Part shown: one piece after another, positions 1 through 13,625 of the stretch
Layout: each line of letters opens with the position of its first letter
Numbering within the stretch: position 1 is the stretch's first letter
Assembly: GCA_038087875.1 (NCBI GenBank)
Contig: CM075993.1
Location: 5,706,001 to 5,770,000, forward strand
Direction: 5' to 3'
Length of the DNA stretch: 64,000 nucleotides
Source: Malacoraja senta
Taxonomy: Eukaryota
Program-made: the position numbers and the translations under genes
The notes under the pieces: generated by a model
The model's input: the letters and a program-made list of their open reading frames with translations, nothing else
The model's database searches: none
Told to the model about the DNA's origin: nothing

Positions 1-77
1 AACACGGAGGAGACCTGATACTACAGACTGGGACGTACACCTTTCAAAGATTCGTCGAGACCTTTGCAGACACTGAG
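1..77 (+). CDS. MAP1A: MAP1A coding exon, 5'-truncated by the window edge (..HGGDLILQTGTYTFQRFVETFADTE)
   Basis: The frame from nt 3 resembles the MAP1-family N-terminal segment (GxLILQSGxxxxQxF). It ends at a phase-0 donor GAG|GTGAGC (77/78) and joins in frame to 4115. Confidence 0.88.
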
Positions 78-289
78 GTGAGCTTGTGGACTATTAAACA
101 TTGCAATGGAGTCATACAGCACAGACATGGGCCCTTCAGCCAAAACATGTCCACATTGACCAAGATGCTCCATCTAAGATCCCTATCCCCATTTGCTCAC
201 TCATGTCCCAAATCCTTCTAATCTAAATCATCTACGCCATCCTACAATCTACCTCATCGGGGACCCTAGGACAACCTTTGATCGGACTT

Positions 290-774
290 AAGACACAAAA
301 GCTGGAGTAACTCAGCGGGACACGCAGCATCTGCAGAGAGAAGGAATGGGTGACATTTCGGGTCTCTATTCTTCAATTGGACCCGAAACGTCACCATTCC
401 TTCTCTCCGGAGACGCTGCCTGTCCCGCTGAGATACCCCATCATTTCTGTGTCTATCTTCGGTGTCAACCAGCATCTGCAGTTCCTTCCTACACATATGG
501 TCGGACTTTACTGGCTTTACCTTGCACTAAACATTATTCCCATATCTCGGGTGGATAAAAATGCTGGAGAAACTCAGCGGGTGCGCCGGCATCTATGGAG
601 CGAAGGAAATAGGCAACGTTTCGGGCTGAAACCCGGAAGGATAGGCAACGTTTCGGGGACGAAACCCGGAAGGGTTCGGCCCGAAACGTTGCCTATTTCC
701 TTCGCTCCATAGATGAGTTTCTCCAGCATTTTTGTCTACCTTCGATTTTCAGCATCTGCAGTTCCTTCTTGAAC
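290..774. mobile_element. Two Penelope-derived palindromic elements (about 290-495 and 551-774) interrupting a Rex1-type 3' tail
   Basis: Inverted arms GCTGGAG(T/A)AACTCAGCGGG..GAGTTTCTCCAGC and terminus CAGCATCTGCAGTTCCTTC; the host matches the reverse complement of about 17460-17640. Confidence 0.75.
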
Positions 775-1259
775 ATTCCATATCGTGTATCTGTACACTG
801 TGAGTGGCTCGATTGTAACCATGTATTGTCTTTCCGCTGGCTGGTTAGCGCTGAACAAAAGCTTTACACGTGGGCAATAAACGAAACTGAAACTACAGCA
901 CAGAAGCAGGCCCTTCCCGCCAAAACATCGACCAAGGTGTTCCATCTAAGCTACCTCGCGCATGTCCCAAATCCTTCTGAACCTATCTTTGCACGTGCAA
1001 TAATAGCGTGCAGGATAAAGGAGATGGTTTCAAAAATTAGTCACCAGCTTTAAGCATAGAACCAGGCACTCTGCCCCACTTCTGGGGCTTCTGCTGCACC
1101 CCTCCTCTGCTCCTCCATCACTAAGACCTCCTGCCCATTCTCCCTGTGTTTATCCAGCCTCCCCTCAAATGCCTTTGCCTGTCCACCACAACCACATGCA
1201 CTGGGAACAAGGTCCACACGCTGCCTTGTGTCGTCTGTTTCTTTTACCTCCCCAATTCA

Positions 1260-1612
1260 TCAGTGATAGGAGCAGAATTAGGCCCTTTGGCCCATCAAGT
1301 CTACCACACCATTCAATCGTGGCTGATCTATCTCTCCCTCTCGACCCCATTCTCCTGCCTTCTCCCCATAACCCCTGACACCCGTACTAATCAAGAATCT
1401 ATCTATCTCTGCCTTAAAAATATCCATTGATTTGGCCTCCACAGCTGTCTGTGGCAATGAATTCCACAGATTCACCACCCTCTGACTAAAGAAATTCCTC
1501 CTCATCTCCTTCCTAAAGGAACGTCTTTAATTCTGAGGCTGTGACCTCTGGTCTTAGACTCTCCCACTAGTGGAAACATCCTCTCCACATCCACTCGATC
1601 CAGGCCTTCACA
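1260..1612 (-). mobile_element. CR1-clade LINE 3' fragment
   Basis: RRNFFSQRVVNLWNSLP..FKAEIDRFL, typical of the CR1 ORF2 C-terminus. Confidence 0.85.
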
Positions 1613-2134
1613 ATTGTAGTGTGGGAGCGCCTTTCCTGTGTCAACCCCTATCTTACTATCTTAGACTGATTCTCACTCACTCTCACTCACTCATACTCAC
1701 TCACTCACTCACTCTCACTCACTCACCACCCACTCGCCCACTCACACAGAAAGGATCCCCAGTCAGTTCAATACCTCTCAGATCATAATATTGCAGAGCG
1801 TGGAGGTTGGCTTAAAGATATTTAATTAATCCCACTCTTTGGTTTTTCCCCCCGAGCCTTGTCATTACTTCCCCTTAATTTGTAATCCAATTTGCTTTAT
1901 AAATCTGCTCACTGTCCTTTCCTGACATTTATTCCAGACTAAAGCAAGTCGCTATTTAAAATTGTGTTTTATCATCTAGTTCTAAAAGAGCTAATGGGTC
2001 AGGCATTGCATCTAATTACTGGTCCTTCCATCACCGACATTAACCTTGTCAGTCTTGCCTTGATAACCCCATGTGCAATCAGGAGGCCTGACGTGGTGAT
2101 CTATATACTGTGATCTGGATGGTGCTTACAGTCA

Positions 2135-2900
2135 GAGTCATTGAGCTGTACAGCATGGAATCAGACCACGGCCCACCTTCGGCCCACCTTGTCCATGCCG
2201 ACCAAGTTGGGCATGTTGGGCCGGCCCCATTTGCCCCCATCTCAACCCTTCCTATCCATATATCTGTCCAAATATCCTCTCCCATCTGTCCAAAGTCGTA
2301 AATGTATCCACTTCTGTACAGCATGGAATCAGGCCCTTCGGCCCACCTTGTCCATGCTGACCAAGTTGGCATTCTGGATTGGTCCTGTTTGTCTGCATCT
2401 GTCCAAAGATCTTTATAAAAACATTATTTTATCCACATCTATACCTTCCTCTAGCAGCTCATTCCCCATATAGACTAGCCTCTGTGTGAAAAAGTTGCTC
2501 CTGGGGTCCCTCTTAAACTCTCCCCTCTCATCTTTAGCCTACGCTCTTTAGTTTTAGAACTAGATGCAGACTACTCTCGGGGTGAAAACATTGCTCCCGA
2601 GGTCCCTCTTCAAACTGTCCTCTCGCTTTATCCTCTTTCTACCTTCCTCGCCCATCAGAATTAGTCTGAAGAAGGGTCCCGACCCGAAACCTCCCCAATC
2701 CATGCTCTCCAGAATTATTCCAGCACCCTGTGAACTTAAATCTCCCCCTTTCAGCTCGAGTCTATGGCCTGTAGTTTCAGAATCCTCTCCTTTGGAGGGG
2801 AAAGATTGTGAGCGTTCACTTTATCCGTGCCCCCTCACGATCTTGTACCCCTCAGTAAGGTCACCCCTAACCTCCTACTCTCCAGAGAAAAAAAGTCGCA
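2135..2900 (-). mobile_element. Degraded CR1 3' fragments with an HE1-type tail
   Basis: Repeated CAGGCCCTTCGGCCCA..GTCCATGC(C/T)GACC tail and CR1-like body. Confidence 0.6.
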
Positions 2901-3253
2901 GCCTCACGGGTTCGATCCTGACCACGGGCGCTGTCTGTACCGAGTTTGTACCTTCTCCCCGTGACCCGCGTGGGTTTTCTCCGGGAGATCCGGTTTCCTC
3001 CCGCACTCCAAAGTTGTACAGGTCTGTAGGTTAATTGGCTTGGTGTAAATGTTAAACTGTCCCTGGAGTCAAGAGTGTTTTCTTGTCGTCTGTCCCAGAT
3101 AGAACAATGACATTCTTACTTGCTGCAGCACAACAGAATATGGAAACATAACACACTGAAAACAAAATGATAAATGAGAGAGAAAGAAAAAAGTCCAGTG
3201 TGTATACATACACATACTCACAAGTACACACACACATATTATAATATATATGT

Positions 3254-3497
3254 GTTTAAGAAGGAACTGCAGATGCTGGAAAATCGAAGGTACACAAAAA
3301 TGCTGGAGAAACTCAGCGGGTGCAGCAGCATCTATGGAGCGAAGGAAATAGGCAACGTTTCGGGCCGAAACCCTTCCGGGTTTCGTCCCGAAACGTTGCC
3401 TATTTCCTTCCGGGTTTCAGCCCGAAACGTTGCCTATTTCCTTCGCTCCATAGATGCTGCTGCACCCGCTGAGTTTCTCCAGCATTTTTGTGTACCA
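3254..3497. mobile_element. Penelope-derived palindromic element
   Basis: Long inverted repeat; flanked by TATAATATATATGT at 3240-3253 and 3498-3511. Confidence 0.85.
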
Positions 3498-3586
3498 TAT
3501 AATATATATGTATATGCGTGTGTGTATATATATATATATATATGTGTGTGTGTGGGTGTGTGTGTATATATATATATATGTGTGTG

Positions 3587-3619
<33 letters not shown>

Positions 3620-3632
3620 ATATATATATATA

Positions 3633-3692
<60 letters not shown>

Positions 3693-3694
3693 AT

Positions 3695-3752
<58 letters not shown>

Positions 3753-3753
3753 C

Positions 3754-3841
<88 letters not shown>

Positions 3842-3862
3842 TAGATAGATAGATATACATAC
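3498..3862. repeat. Compound microsatellite (TA)n/(TG)n/(GATA)n/(GACA)n
   Basis: Directly visible. Confidence 0.97.
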
Positions 3863-4114
3863 ATACTCAAAAAACAAACAATAGTGTGTGTAGGATAGTA
3901 TTAGTGTGCGGGGATTGCTACTCAGTGGGCCGAAGGGCCTGTTTCTATGCTATATCTCTAAACTAAACAAACTAAACTAGACTCTACCAAACCAAATCAA
4001 ACCAAAACTAAACTATCCAACCTGTCCCTATAACCCGAGCCCAGGCAAGGTCCTCGTGAATCTCTCCCTAGTTGTGGCCGCTTGTCTGATGCTGTGTACT
4101 TGCTGCCACTTCAG

Positions 4115-7100
4115 GTGACGGAGCTGCTGAGCAGCGCTGAAGCCGAGGCCAAGGCTTGCATCACCATCTGCCACCCTGGCGAGGGAGACTGGAGCAACCT
4201 CAAGCAGCACAACCTCCAGGGATTCATCCACATCAAGCTGAACCCAGCGGCCACACTGCCGGAGATGGACGGGGTCTCAGAGTTCACCGAGTACCTGACC
4301 GAGTCGGTGGAGGTGCCCTCGCCCTTCGACCTGCTGGAACCCCCCACCTCGGGGGGCTTCCTCAAGCTGTCCAAGCCATGCTGCTACATCTTCCCCGGCG
4401 GCAGGGGGGACTCCGCGCTCTTCGCCGTCAACGGCTTCAACATCCTGGTGGACGGCGGCTCGGAGAGGAGGTCGTGCTTCTGGAAGCTGGTCCGCCACTT
4501 GGACAGGATCGACTCCATCCTCCTGACGCACATCGGGGCGGACAACCTGCCCGGCATTAACGGGCTGCTCCAGAGGAAGATCGCGGAGCAAGACGAGGAA
4601 CAGTCGCAAGGCTCCACCACGTACAGTGACTGGATCAAGAACCTGATCTCCCCGGAGCTGGGAGTGGTCTTTTTCAATGTGCCCGAGAAACTAAAAATGC
4701 AGGAATCCTCTATGAAGGTCAAGCGGAGCATTGAAGAAGCTTGCCTGTCGCTACAGTACTTGACTAAGCTGGGAATCAAAGCCGAGCCCCTCAACAGGGT
4801 CGTCGGGGCCACTATTGACCCCATCTCACTGTTCCACAAAATGGGCGTTGGCCGATTGGACATGTACATCCTCAACCCAGTCAAAGACAGCAAGGAAATG
4901 CAGTTCCTGATGCAAAAGTGGGCAGGGAACAGCAAAGCCAAGACTGGCATCCTCCTGCCCAACGGCAAAGAGGGCGAGATTTCCGTCCCGTACCTGACGT
5001 CCATCACGGCCCTGGTGGTGTGGCACCCTGCCAACCCTTCCGAGAAGATAGTCCGGGTCTTGTTCCCAGGCAACGCTCCGCAGAACAAGATCCTGGAAGG
5101 GCTGGAGAAGCTGAAGCACCTGGATTTTCTCAAGTACCCCGTGGCTACGCAGAAGGACCTGGCTGGAGGCATCACCCCGCCCGCGGTGAAGCAGACGAAA
5201 GTGCGGCAGAGGACCGACAGCAAGGAGAGCCTGAAGTCCTCGCCCAAGCCCGCTGCGCCCAAGGCAGCGAGGAAGGAGGAGGCAGCCGAAGAAACAACAG
5301 TAAAGCACCCCGAGGTTAAGACGGAGGCGTTGAGAGAGAACAAGTTGGAGAAGAAAGAGGAGAAGAAGGCGAAGTCGGAGGTGGAGAAAGCCGCGATGGA
5401 CGCCGTTAAAACGGAAAAGAAAAAGCTGGCCAAGGAGAAGACGGTGAAAAAGCACGCCAAGGACAAGCTGGCAAAGTCGGAGGAGAAGAAGGACAAGGAG
5501 AAAAAAGAGATCAAGAAGGAAAAGAAGGAGGTGAAGAAGGAGGATGTGAAAAAAGAAGAGAAGAAGGAAGTTAAGAAAGATGAGAAGAAGAAGGAGGCCA
5601 AGAAGGAACCGAAGAAGCTGTTCAAAGCTGACTTGAAGCCTTTCACTCCTGAAGTCAGGAAAACTCTACACAAAGCCAAGGCACCAGGCAAGAAATCAGA
5701 CTCGGCCAAAAGCAAAGTGGCTAAAGAGGCGGTGGAGCCAAAGAGTGAGCCAAAGCTGGCCAAGAAACTCCCTGCAGAGCCCACCACGGTTCAGTTACAG
5801 GTGGAGAGATCTGTCATGTCATCACCAGAGGATCTGTCCAAGGACTTTGCGCAGCTGCGGACTGAAGAGGCGGCCAGGGTTGCAGAGCCCCCCCATCGCC
5901 CCGGCGAGACAGAGGAGATCGCCGCGGTAACGGCAGCGGAGGGAAGACCACCGGAGCTGCCCGACGTTGGTCCTCAGCAGGGGGAGACCCCTGAACCTCC
6001 CGCTTCTGACGCCAAACCCTCTCCCGAAGCTCCGGGCGGAGGGATAATCCCACCAGCCGCGGAGGACATCCCACCTCTCGAGGAGCAGGTGGTTCTCCAG
6101 CCTGAGCCCTCGATGGAGAAGGTTCTAGAAGATGAGGGTGCCGCGTTGGAGGAGTCCCTGGAAATGAGTGAGTTGGAAGAAAAGGTGGTGAGGACAGGGA
6201 AGGAGGAGGAAGGATTTGCTCAGGATGGACTAGAAACCCCACGGGATGAAGTGGGTGAGGAATATCCGTCTGAAGAGCAAGTAGGACTTCCTGAAGGATT
6301 GGGAAAAGAGGTCGGACGGAAGGAGGAAGAGGAGGAAATGGAGAAATGTGAGAGATACATTGAATCAATGGAGACGAGGGAGCAGAATGAGGAAAGCGAG
6401 GATGAAGAGGTGGTTGAGAAGGCAGAGCTGGAGGAAACAGTGGAAGGTGTTGATGAAGATAAGAAGGTGAAAGCCAAGGAAAAGGAAGACGCATTCTACG
6501 ATGAGCCAAAAGTCACGATACCCCCCAGTGAGAAACAAGACAAGGACTTACTCCAGCGTGAGTCGCTTGCAGCTGTGGAGAAGCAAACTCCAACACCGGA
6601 AGCCAAAGTGGCGAAGACCAAGGAAGAGTCGATGCCAACACCTGTGTTGCCCACTCCTGGCGCGGTGGGCGAGCCCATCTCCTACATCCAGGACGAGACC
6701 ATCCCCGGCTATTCGGAGACGGAGCAAACTATTTCCGACGAAGAGATACACGACGAGCAAGAGGACCACATGTCCCACCTGAAATACGAGGTGGACACCT
6801 TCAACATCTCCGTGCCGGACGACACCAGGTCCTTCGATGCCGTCCACGGGATGAAGGAGATCAGAGCCATGGCGGGGGCCGAGATGGCGGCCAAGGGCTT
6901 TGTGAGGATGGAGCCCGAAATAGTGGTCTACCCCTCGGAGATGGCCGCGGCTCCACTGGCTGAGGAGGAGCACATCTCCTCAGCGGCTTCCATCACCGAG
7001 TGCGATAAGCTGTCTTCCTTCGCCACCTCCGTGGCCGAGGACCAGTCGGTGGCCTCGGTGACGGCGCCTCAGACCGAGGAGACCGGGAAGAGTTCCCTGA

Positions 7101-10100
7101 TGCTGGACACTGTCAACAGCATGGCTTCCTCCAGGACAGAGGCCACCCAGGGCAGGGATTACATCCCGTCAGCGGGCACCATCTCCCCAACATCCTCCCT
7201 GGAGGAGGACAAGTACTTCAAGTCCCCGCCTTCCGAGGACTTCCGCCCCATTGCCGGAGCGGTTGCGAAGATGGGGGAGTGGGAGGAAGAAGAAGAAGAG
7301 GAGGAGGAGGAGGAGGATGAGGACCAGACGCCCAATGTTGAGATCCCCACTAAACTCAAAGAACAATACACGGCCATGTTCCCAGAAATGGGCACGCCGG
7401 CACCCTTACTAGCGGATGAGTTTACCGCTTACGACCAAACCACGGACCTTCAGGGCATGGACAACAAGCCCAAGCATTCCTTGCACTTCGAGGCTGACTT
7501 GCCGGAAAGCAACGAGAAGTGTATCAGCCCCGACGAAAGCACGGTGAAAATGGCCTCGCCAACGCAGTCGGGACCCACCAGCGCCGGGCACACGCCGTTC
7601 CACCAGTCGCCCGTCGAGGAGAGGACCGACTCCGTGGAGACGGAACTGGAGGACCAGGCTACACAGGAGGCATCACTCTTCACCGAGGAGCCACTTCGAA
7701 GCGAAGACTTGTCAAGTTCGGGGCTAAGCCCACTTGGTGACCTCCCACCCAAGCCTGTCTCCCAGGGTGAACTCGCCCTGCACTCTGACGTCTACCAGCC
7801 TGGCCTGACTTCAAAAGAGGACATGATGCACTCTCCGGAGTTCCGAGCGATTGAGAAGATGGAGCAAGATGCACACGAAACGGAACACACTGCAACTGAG
7901 AAGATGAAGAGGGACATTCAGGACTGGAAGTCTGCCCTGGCTAAGGCAGAGATACCCGAGGAGACACAGCCAGCCGCTGAAAAGGTTAGGGAAGAGTTCC
8001 TCAAGGAGAAAGAGGACATTGGAAAGATGGAAAAAGAACCAGCAAAGAAATCTGCAACTCCTGAAGTCGTCCCAGAATCGAAACCCACAAAAGATGAAAC
8101 GTTGTCTTTGGACGTTCTCAAGCAAGAACCCGCATCTATCGAAAAGACGGGCAAAGAGGAACCGTCCACCGTTCCCGACAAAATGACGAAAGAAAGTCCG
8201 GAGAAACAACCTGCAGCCGCTGAAATAGTCGAGCAAAAGACGATCTCTCTTGACGAGGCAAAGAGCAAGGAGGAAGACCTGGGGAAGATCTCGCTTGACG
8301 TGGGAAAGAGTGAGAAAGTGAGAAGTGGGAAAGATGATTTGGACAAGAGACCTGGCGACGTTGGAAGCATTGAACGAGAAATATCCGACAAGAAGTCCAT
8401 CGACGATAATAAAGTTGAGCAGAAAGAATTGGAGAAGGTCTCTCTCGAGGTTGGCACCTGTGAGAAGGTGGAATTGGAGCACAAGGCTTTCGAAGCTGAG
8501 CACATGGAAAAAGATTTGCAGAGAAGAGCTGGAGATACTGACAAAATTGTACACGAGGAATTGGAGAAAATGTCAACTGATGTTGGAAAGAGTAAGAAGG
8601 AGGAATTGAAGAAGGAGGAATTGGAAAAGGAAGTCTCCATTCACCATGGAGAGGAGGATAACAAGGAATTAAAGTCAACGCCTTTTGGCGTTGAACACCT
8701 GGAAAAGATTGACCATGAGTTGACAGAGAAGAAATCTATGGATGCTGGAAAATCCAAACCTGAGGAATTAGAAAAAATATCTATTGATTTTGGCAAGAGT
8801 GAGAAAGAGGATATGGAAAAGGCACCTGGAGACGTCAGAAAGGTTGAACAAGAAATGCAGGAGAAGTCTATTAATGACGGTAAAACTGAAGACAAGGAAT
8901 TGGAAAAGATGTCCATGGATATCGGAAAGAGTGAGAAGACAGAAAATGAGAAGAAGGATTTGGAAAAGATACCTGGAGATGTTGTGAAGGTTGATGAAGA
9001 GGCACCAGTGAAGAAGCCTGTTGGTGATGGAAAGATAGGACATGAAGAGTTAGAGAAGGTTCCTGTGGATGTTGGCAAGAGTGAGAGAGAGGATTTGGAA
9101 AAGGGAACTGAAGGTGTTGGGACGGTTGCACAAGAGACACCAGTGAAGAAGTCTAGCGATGATACTAAGATGGAAGACAAGCATTCAGAGAAAATCTCCA
9201 TAGATGTTGACACAAGTAAGAAAGTGGAAAGTGAGAAAGAAGACTTGAAAAAAAGCCCTGGAGTTGTGGAAAAAACTGAACAGGAGGTCTCGGAGAAGAA
9301 AACTATTGGTGATACTAAGATCGAACGCAAGGCATTGGAGAAGACCTGTCCGGCTGTTGGAAGGATTGAACAGGAGGAGCTGGAACAGGAATCGATCGAC
9401 ATTGAAAAGGTATCGAAACAGGTCGCAGTGGGTGAAAGCGGAAAGAAAATTGAGGACGTTGAAAAGATGGATCAGGAACTTCCAGAGAAAAATGCTGAAC
9501 GGAAGGAAATGGACATCTTGCAGTCAAAGCCTGCAGATATGTTGGAAAGTGGCATCGTGGCTTCTGGGAAAACGGAACAAGGTCCAGAAAAGAGACCTGC
9601 AGGTGTGGAGAAGATGGAAAAGTTTCTACTGGAAATGGAACGGACAACAGGAAAAGTGGACAAGGACATAGAACAAAAGGTTTCTGTGGAATCGAAGGAC
9701 ATGCAAGAGAAACTGCAATCTATCACCCAGAAAATCTCCAGTGGTGATTCGGAAAAGGGCTATGCAGCAACCGAAGATGTCCATATTACATGTGGCTACT
9801 TGCCAATTGTTACATCAGATACATACATCAGTGAGATAGAAGACAAATTAAAAGATCAAGCAGGAAAAATAGCAGAGGCAATCTATTCATCAGAAGATGA
9901 AGATCTATCTGATATTATAGAGCTAATGCCAACCACAGGGAAGTTCTCAAAGCCAATAAACGAAGAAGAACTTTCAAAGCAGCCGATCTCTAAAGACGTG
10001 ACCCCAACTGACAGTAAGGGCAAAGCAAGTCCCGTGGAGTTAAAAGAGACCAATGTCCTCAACAACTTGTCGCCATCTCTGTATCCAACGTGCGAGCCTG

Positions 10101-13100
10101 TGGCAGATGTTTCCACGGGTGGAATGAAGCCGAAGGAACAAGTAACGGATGAAGCAGAGTCCGTTCGCAGGCCGGAAGGCATGGCCGGCAAACTAGACAT
10201 AGGGGAACCCCCACACACCAGCCCCACTGGGGATCGAGTATCTCCTTCAGAGGCAGAGGGGCTTTCCAGAAGTGGAGTGATTGCCGACACACAGCCTCCG
10301 GTCGATTACAGCAAATGGGATCCATCTTCCTACCAATATTACTTGCAAGAGGATACCAAAGTTATTACCGCTCTGTCCCACACGCCATCTCCAGAGGACC
10401 TGCCGAGTGAAATATTTATGGCAGCGGATCGACTAGCCGGGAGCAAGGACAAGGAGACGGGCAGTGAGGCCAAGTATTCTTACTACACAGAGGAGAGGAA
10501 GGAGTCTACTGGAGGGTTTGACTATTCTTGGAGCGTTGAGCAAGGGAGCGAGTGGCCCATGCCTGCCTCCGATGGTGCCTTTGACAAAGCCTTTGAGTCA
10601 AAGCCTTCGGCCACGTCTCTCCCACATCCCGAGGACTCGTGGACCGCAGGGAAGTCCACCACAGTGGGGACAATTCTCAGCGCATCCAAAGAATCAGCTG
10701 GAGAGCAGGACGTAAAGATGTTGGAAGGACTTCGCGGGGAAATCCCGAGAGAAGAGGAGAGGAGTTTCCAAGAACGTGCGTACGTTCCCCCAGAGGGGAG
10801 TGTGCCCGCTGACGTACTGAGAGAAAGCACGGGCCTGACTTATGGGAAGGTCTTCACGTCTGATGAATACATCTTCAGCCGGTCAACTCCTTCTCCGACC
10901 GACGAACAAGACGTTCCTCTCACGCAGCTGGACTACCACGCTGCGATCTACTCAGAGGCTAAGTGGAGTGGCACTGGGCTTCACACCGAGGACTCCCACA
11001 CCACCGTGAGGAAAGGATATTCCTCGACGGAGGGAGTCAAGGACTTCGACGCTGGGATGAAGGCGTTCAGTTGCACCGAGGTGGACAAGAAGAGCACGGT
11101 CTCAGGCCTCGAGGACCTCTGCGAGTCACAGAAGGAGATCGAGCCTCGGGGCTTCCACCACCTATCGCGGCAGCTGGACTCACCGTTCGAAGTGGCGTGG
11201 GAGGCCAAGGAGACCGAGAGAGAACCTTCCCTCCACATGTCACCGATAGAGAAGGAGCCCTCCTGGTCCAGCGCCCTTGGACCCGTGCCCTCAACACATG
11301 TGACACCCGGTGAGCAGGAAGCAAGGACAGACGGGACAACGGGATACTCCGTAATCCCAGAACCTCCTACGACTCTCCCCCCGACCTCCAGAGATGTCCC
11401 GGCCACCTCTACGTGGTCGGACGCCAAGGGCAAGCAGCATTCCGGACCGACACTGGAGCACAGCTTGGGCGAAGATATCCAGGCGGACTCCCTCAGCCCC
11501 GTCTCACCGGATGGGAGGAAGACATCGGGTCTCAGCAGCCCCGAGTCCAAAGACAGCCTGTCGCCCTCGCTGCCCCACGCGGTGACGCCGCGGCTGGACG
11601 CCAACGTGTTTGGGATCGGCGCGGCGAGGCAGAACGAGCCCGACTCCAACATCCTGAGCTACTACCAGAAGGAAGCGGAGGAGAGCAGCAGCGACTCGGA
11701 GCTGGAGAAAGGCGCCAAGGAAAAGTCGGAGAAGGAATCCCCGGCCGGGCAGTGGGACACGGGGAAAGCTCAGAGCCTCGGAGCGGGAGCAGAGGGGCGA
11801 GCACGCGCCGTGTCCCCGTGGCCGGAGCAGTGGCTGGAGGAGAGACATCGGGAGCAGAGCCCGGCCGAATCGGAGAAGGACCGCACCTCGCCCGGCCAGC
11901 TGGAGCGCGACCTCCCTTGTCCCAGTGATCACAAGGACGATCTGCGGAGTTCTCCCTATGGACTTGACTACCCCTGCAGGAGAGATGAGGAGATGACCTT
12001 CACCACCGGGGAGTGGTCTACCACGGGTCAACTGGAGGGCACGGGGAGAGAGGAGGAGCAGAGACCCAGCAAAGACCCGCACCAAGAGGGGCCGGTCAAG
12101 CTGCCATGCCCTGACTCGGACGTCCCGACCCAGGAGGTCCCACCAACCACCCAGGGGCTCCCGACTGCCCATCCAGAGCACTTTGACCACTCCTTCACCA
12201 CCAAGGAGGCCGAGCCCTCTGGTGCTCAGTTTAAATACTCTTCCCGCAGCGAGGAGAGAACATTCGCTGCCCCTCTCCCACCTGAGGCCACAGGGGTGAA
12301 GGACGAATATTTGGAAGTATCTCAGCAAGGGGCACCCTCCCTGACCACCGGCTCCTCCACTGCGGCCCCGGCGCGGAGTCTTGTCGAGGTGTCGCCGCTG
12401 GTTCCCGCCGACGAGGCACCGTGCCAGGCAGCCGAGACGGAAGAGCCGGCCCAGGCCCCCGCCGAGCACAGCCCAGGCTACCTGTGCGACATCGAGGACT
12501 CCACCTTGTCCTGCAGGGTCGAGTGTCAAAGGTCGTCCCCCAAAACCGAAGGGGAGGGGACAGGGACAGCTGTCGAGGGGGTGAAGGTCGTACCGGGGGC
12601 AGAGGAGGCCCAGGCCTCGGGCCTACTGCCCTCGCTCTCAGGCCCTGAGGTGGCATCGGCCAATGGGCCTGCCGAAACAGGCTTCGCCTCAGCGCCGGCC
12701 CGGAGCCCACCAGGGAGGGACAAGGCCTCGGGCGTTGCCGCGGAGACGGGAACCCCTGCCCGGCCTTCTTCGATCGCCTCGCAGGAGCGGGGTTCACCCT
12801 GGCCCTCCAAGGACGATCTGTCGCCCTCCTTCATCAACCCCAGTCCCCAGCCGGAGTTGGAAGAGGGGCCGGTGGAAGAGAGCGGCCCCCAGAGCCGGCC
12901 TCGCGCGCCCCGGCAACCGCGGGGGGCCCAGGACAGCCCGCCCACCTCCGGCAGCGAGTCTCCCCCCCTCAACTCTGACTCCGACGTGCCCCCAGAGACG
13001 GAGGACTGCCCCTCCATCACGGCCGAGGCGCCCATCGACTCGGACGAAGACGGAGACGTCCTGCCCGTCGACAAGAGCAGCGGCCTCGGCCCGGACCCCC

Positions 13101-13508
13101 TGCCCGCCCCAGCCGCGGACCCCCAGCCCCTCCCCCCTCGCCCAGACGTCTGCATGGTGGACCCCGAGGTGCTGGGCCTCGAACCGGTCAAGCCGCTGAA
13201 GAAGGAGATGAAGGACAAGGCCAAGGGCGCCCGCAAAACGGCCAAGTCCAAGGCGGCCTCGCCGGGCCGCAAGCTGGACCCCAAGACCAAGCACCCCGCC
13301 AAGCCTGCCTCGCCCAAGGACACCAGCGAGAGGTCCCCCAAAGCAGCCTCCACCAAGAAGAAGGAGAGGGAGGCGGCGGAGAAACCCAGCCGGGCCTCCA
13401 GGTCCAGCGAGACTCAGGCATCGCGGGGCGAGGACAGGGATGACATCTCCAGGTCAAGCCAACCCAACCCAGGCAAGGCCCTGGTCAACGGCATCAAGCC
13501 TTCCTCAG
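4115..13508 (+). CDS. MAP1A: MAP1A giant internal exon (9,394 nt): conserved N-terminal domain, KKE-type microtubule-binding repeats, acidic projection region, start of light chain LC2
   Basis: Lies in the 3186-aa ORF. Acceptor TTCAG|GTG at 4114/4115; donor TCAG|GTAAGG at 13508/13509 (phase 1). MAP1A-type motifs: MQKWAGNSKAKTGI, DLKPFTPEVRKTL, SYIQDETIPGYSETEQTISDEEIHDE, SITECDKLSSFATSVAEDQSVAS, DSDVPPETEDCPSITAE, PPRPDVCMVDPE. Confidence 0.97.
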
Positions 13509-13625
13509 GTAAGGACCTGCCGGGTGCAACTCGAGCTAGCGTCTATACCGTCCCTCGAATCTTCCTTAAGGTCAAAGTACTCCACGCGGTCACGGTGGGT
13601 CGAATCTTGGGCATCAACTCTCAAA

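Larger units (their letters stand above)
2907..3978 (+). mobile_element. HE1/V-SINE-like SINE split (about 2907-3064 and 3883-3978) by nested insertions
   Basis: B-box GGTTCGATCC, V-SINE-like core TAGGTTAATTGGC, tail GGGCCGAAGGGCCTGTTTC..(CTAAA)n. Confidence 0.75.

Noticed and set aside
3174..3877. ORFs over the TA/TG/GATA arrays (also 14073-14856)
   Set aside because: Microsatellite translation artefacts.
4111..13457. Many long antisense and alternative-frame ORFs (e.g. 4384-5787 on -)
   Set aside because: Shadows of biased MAP1A codon usage; low-complexity translations.
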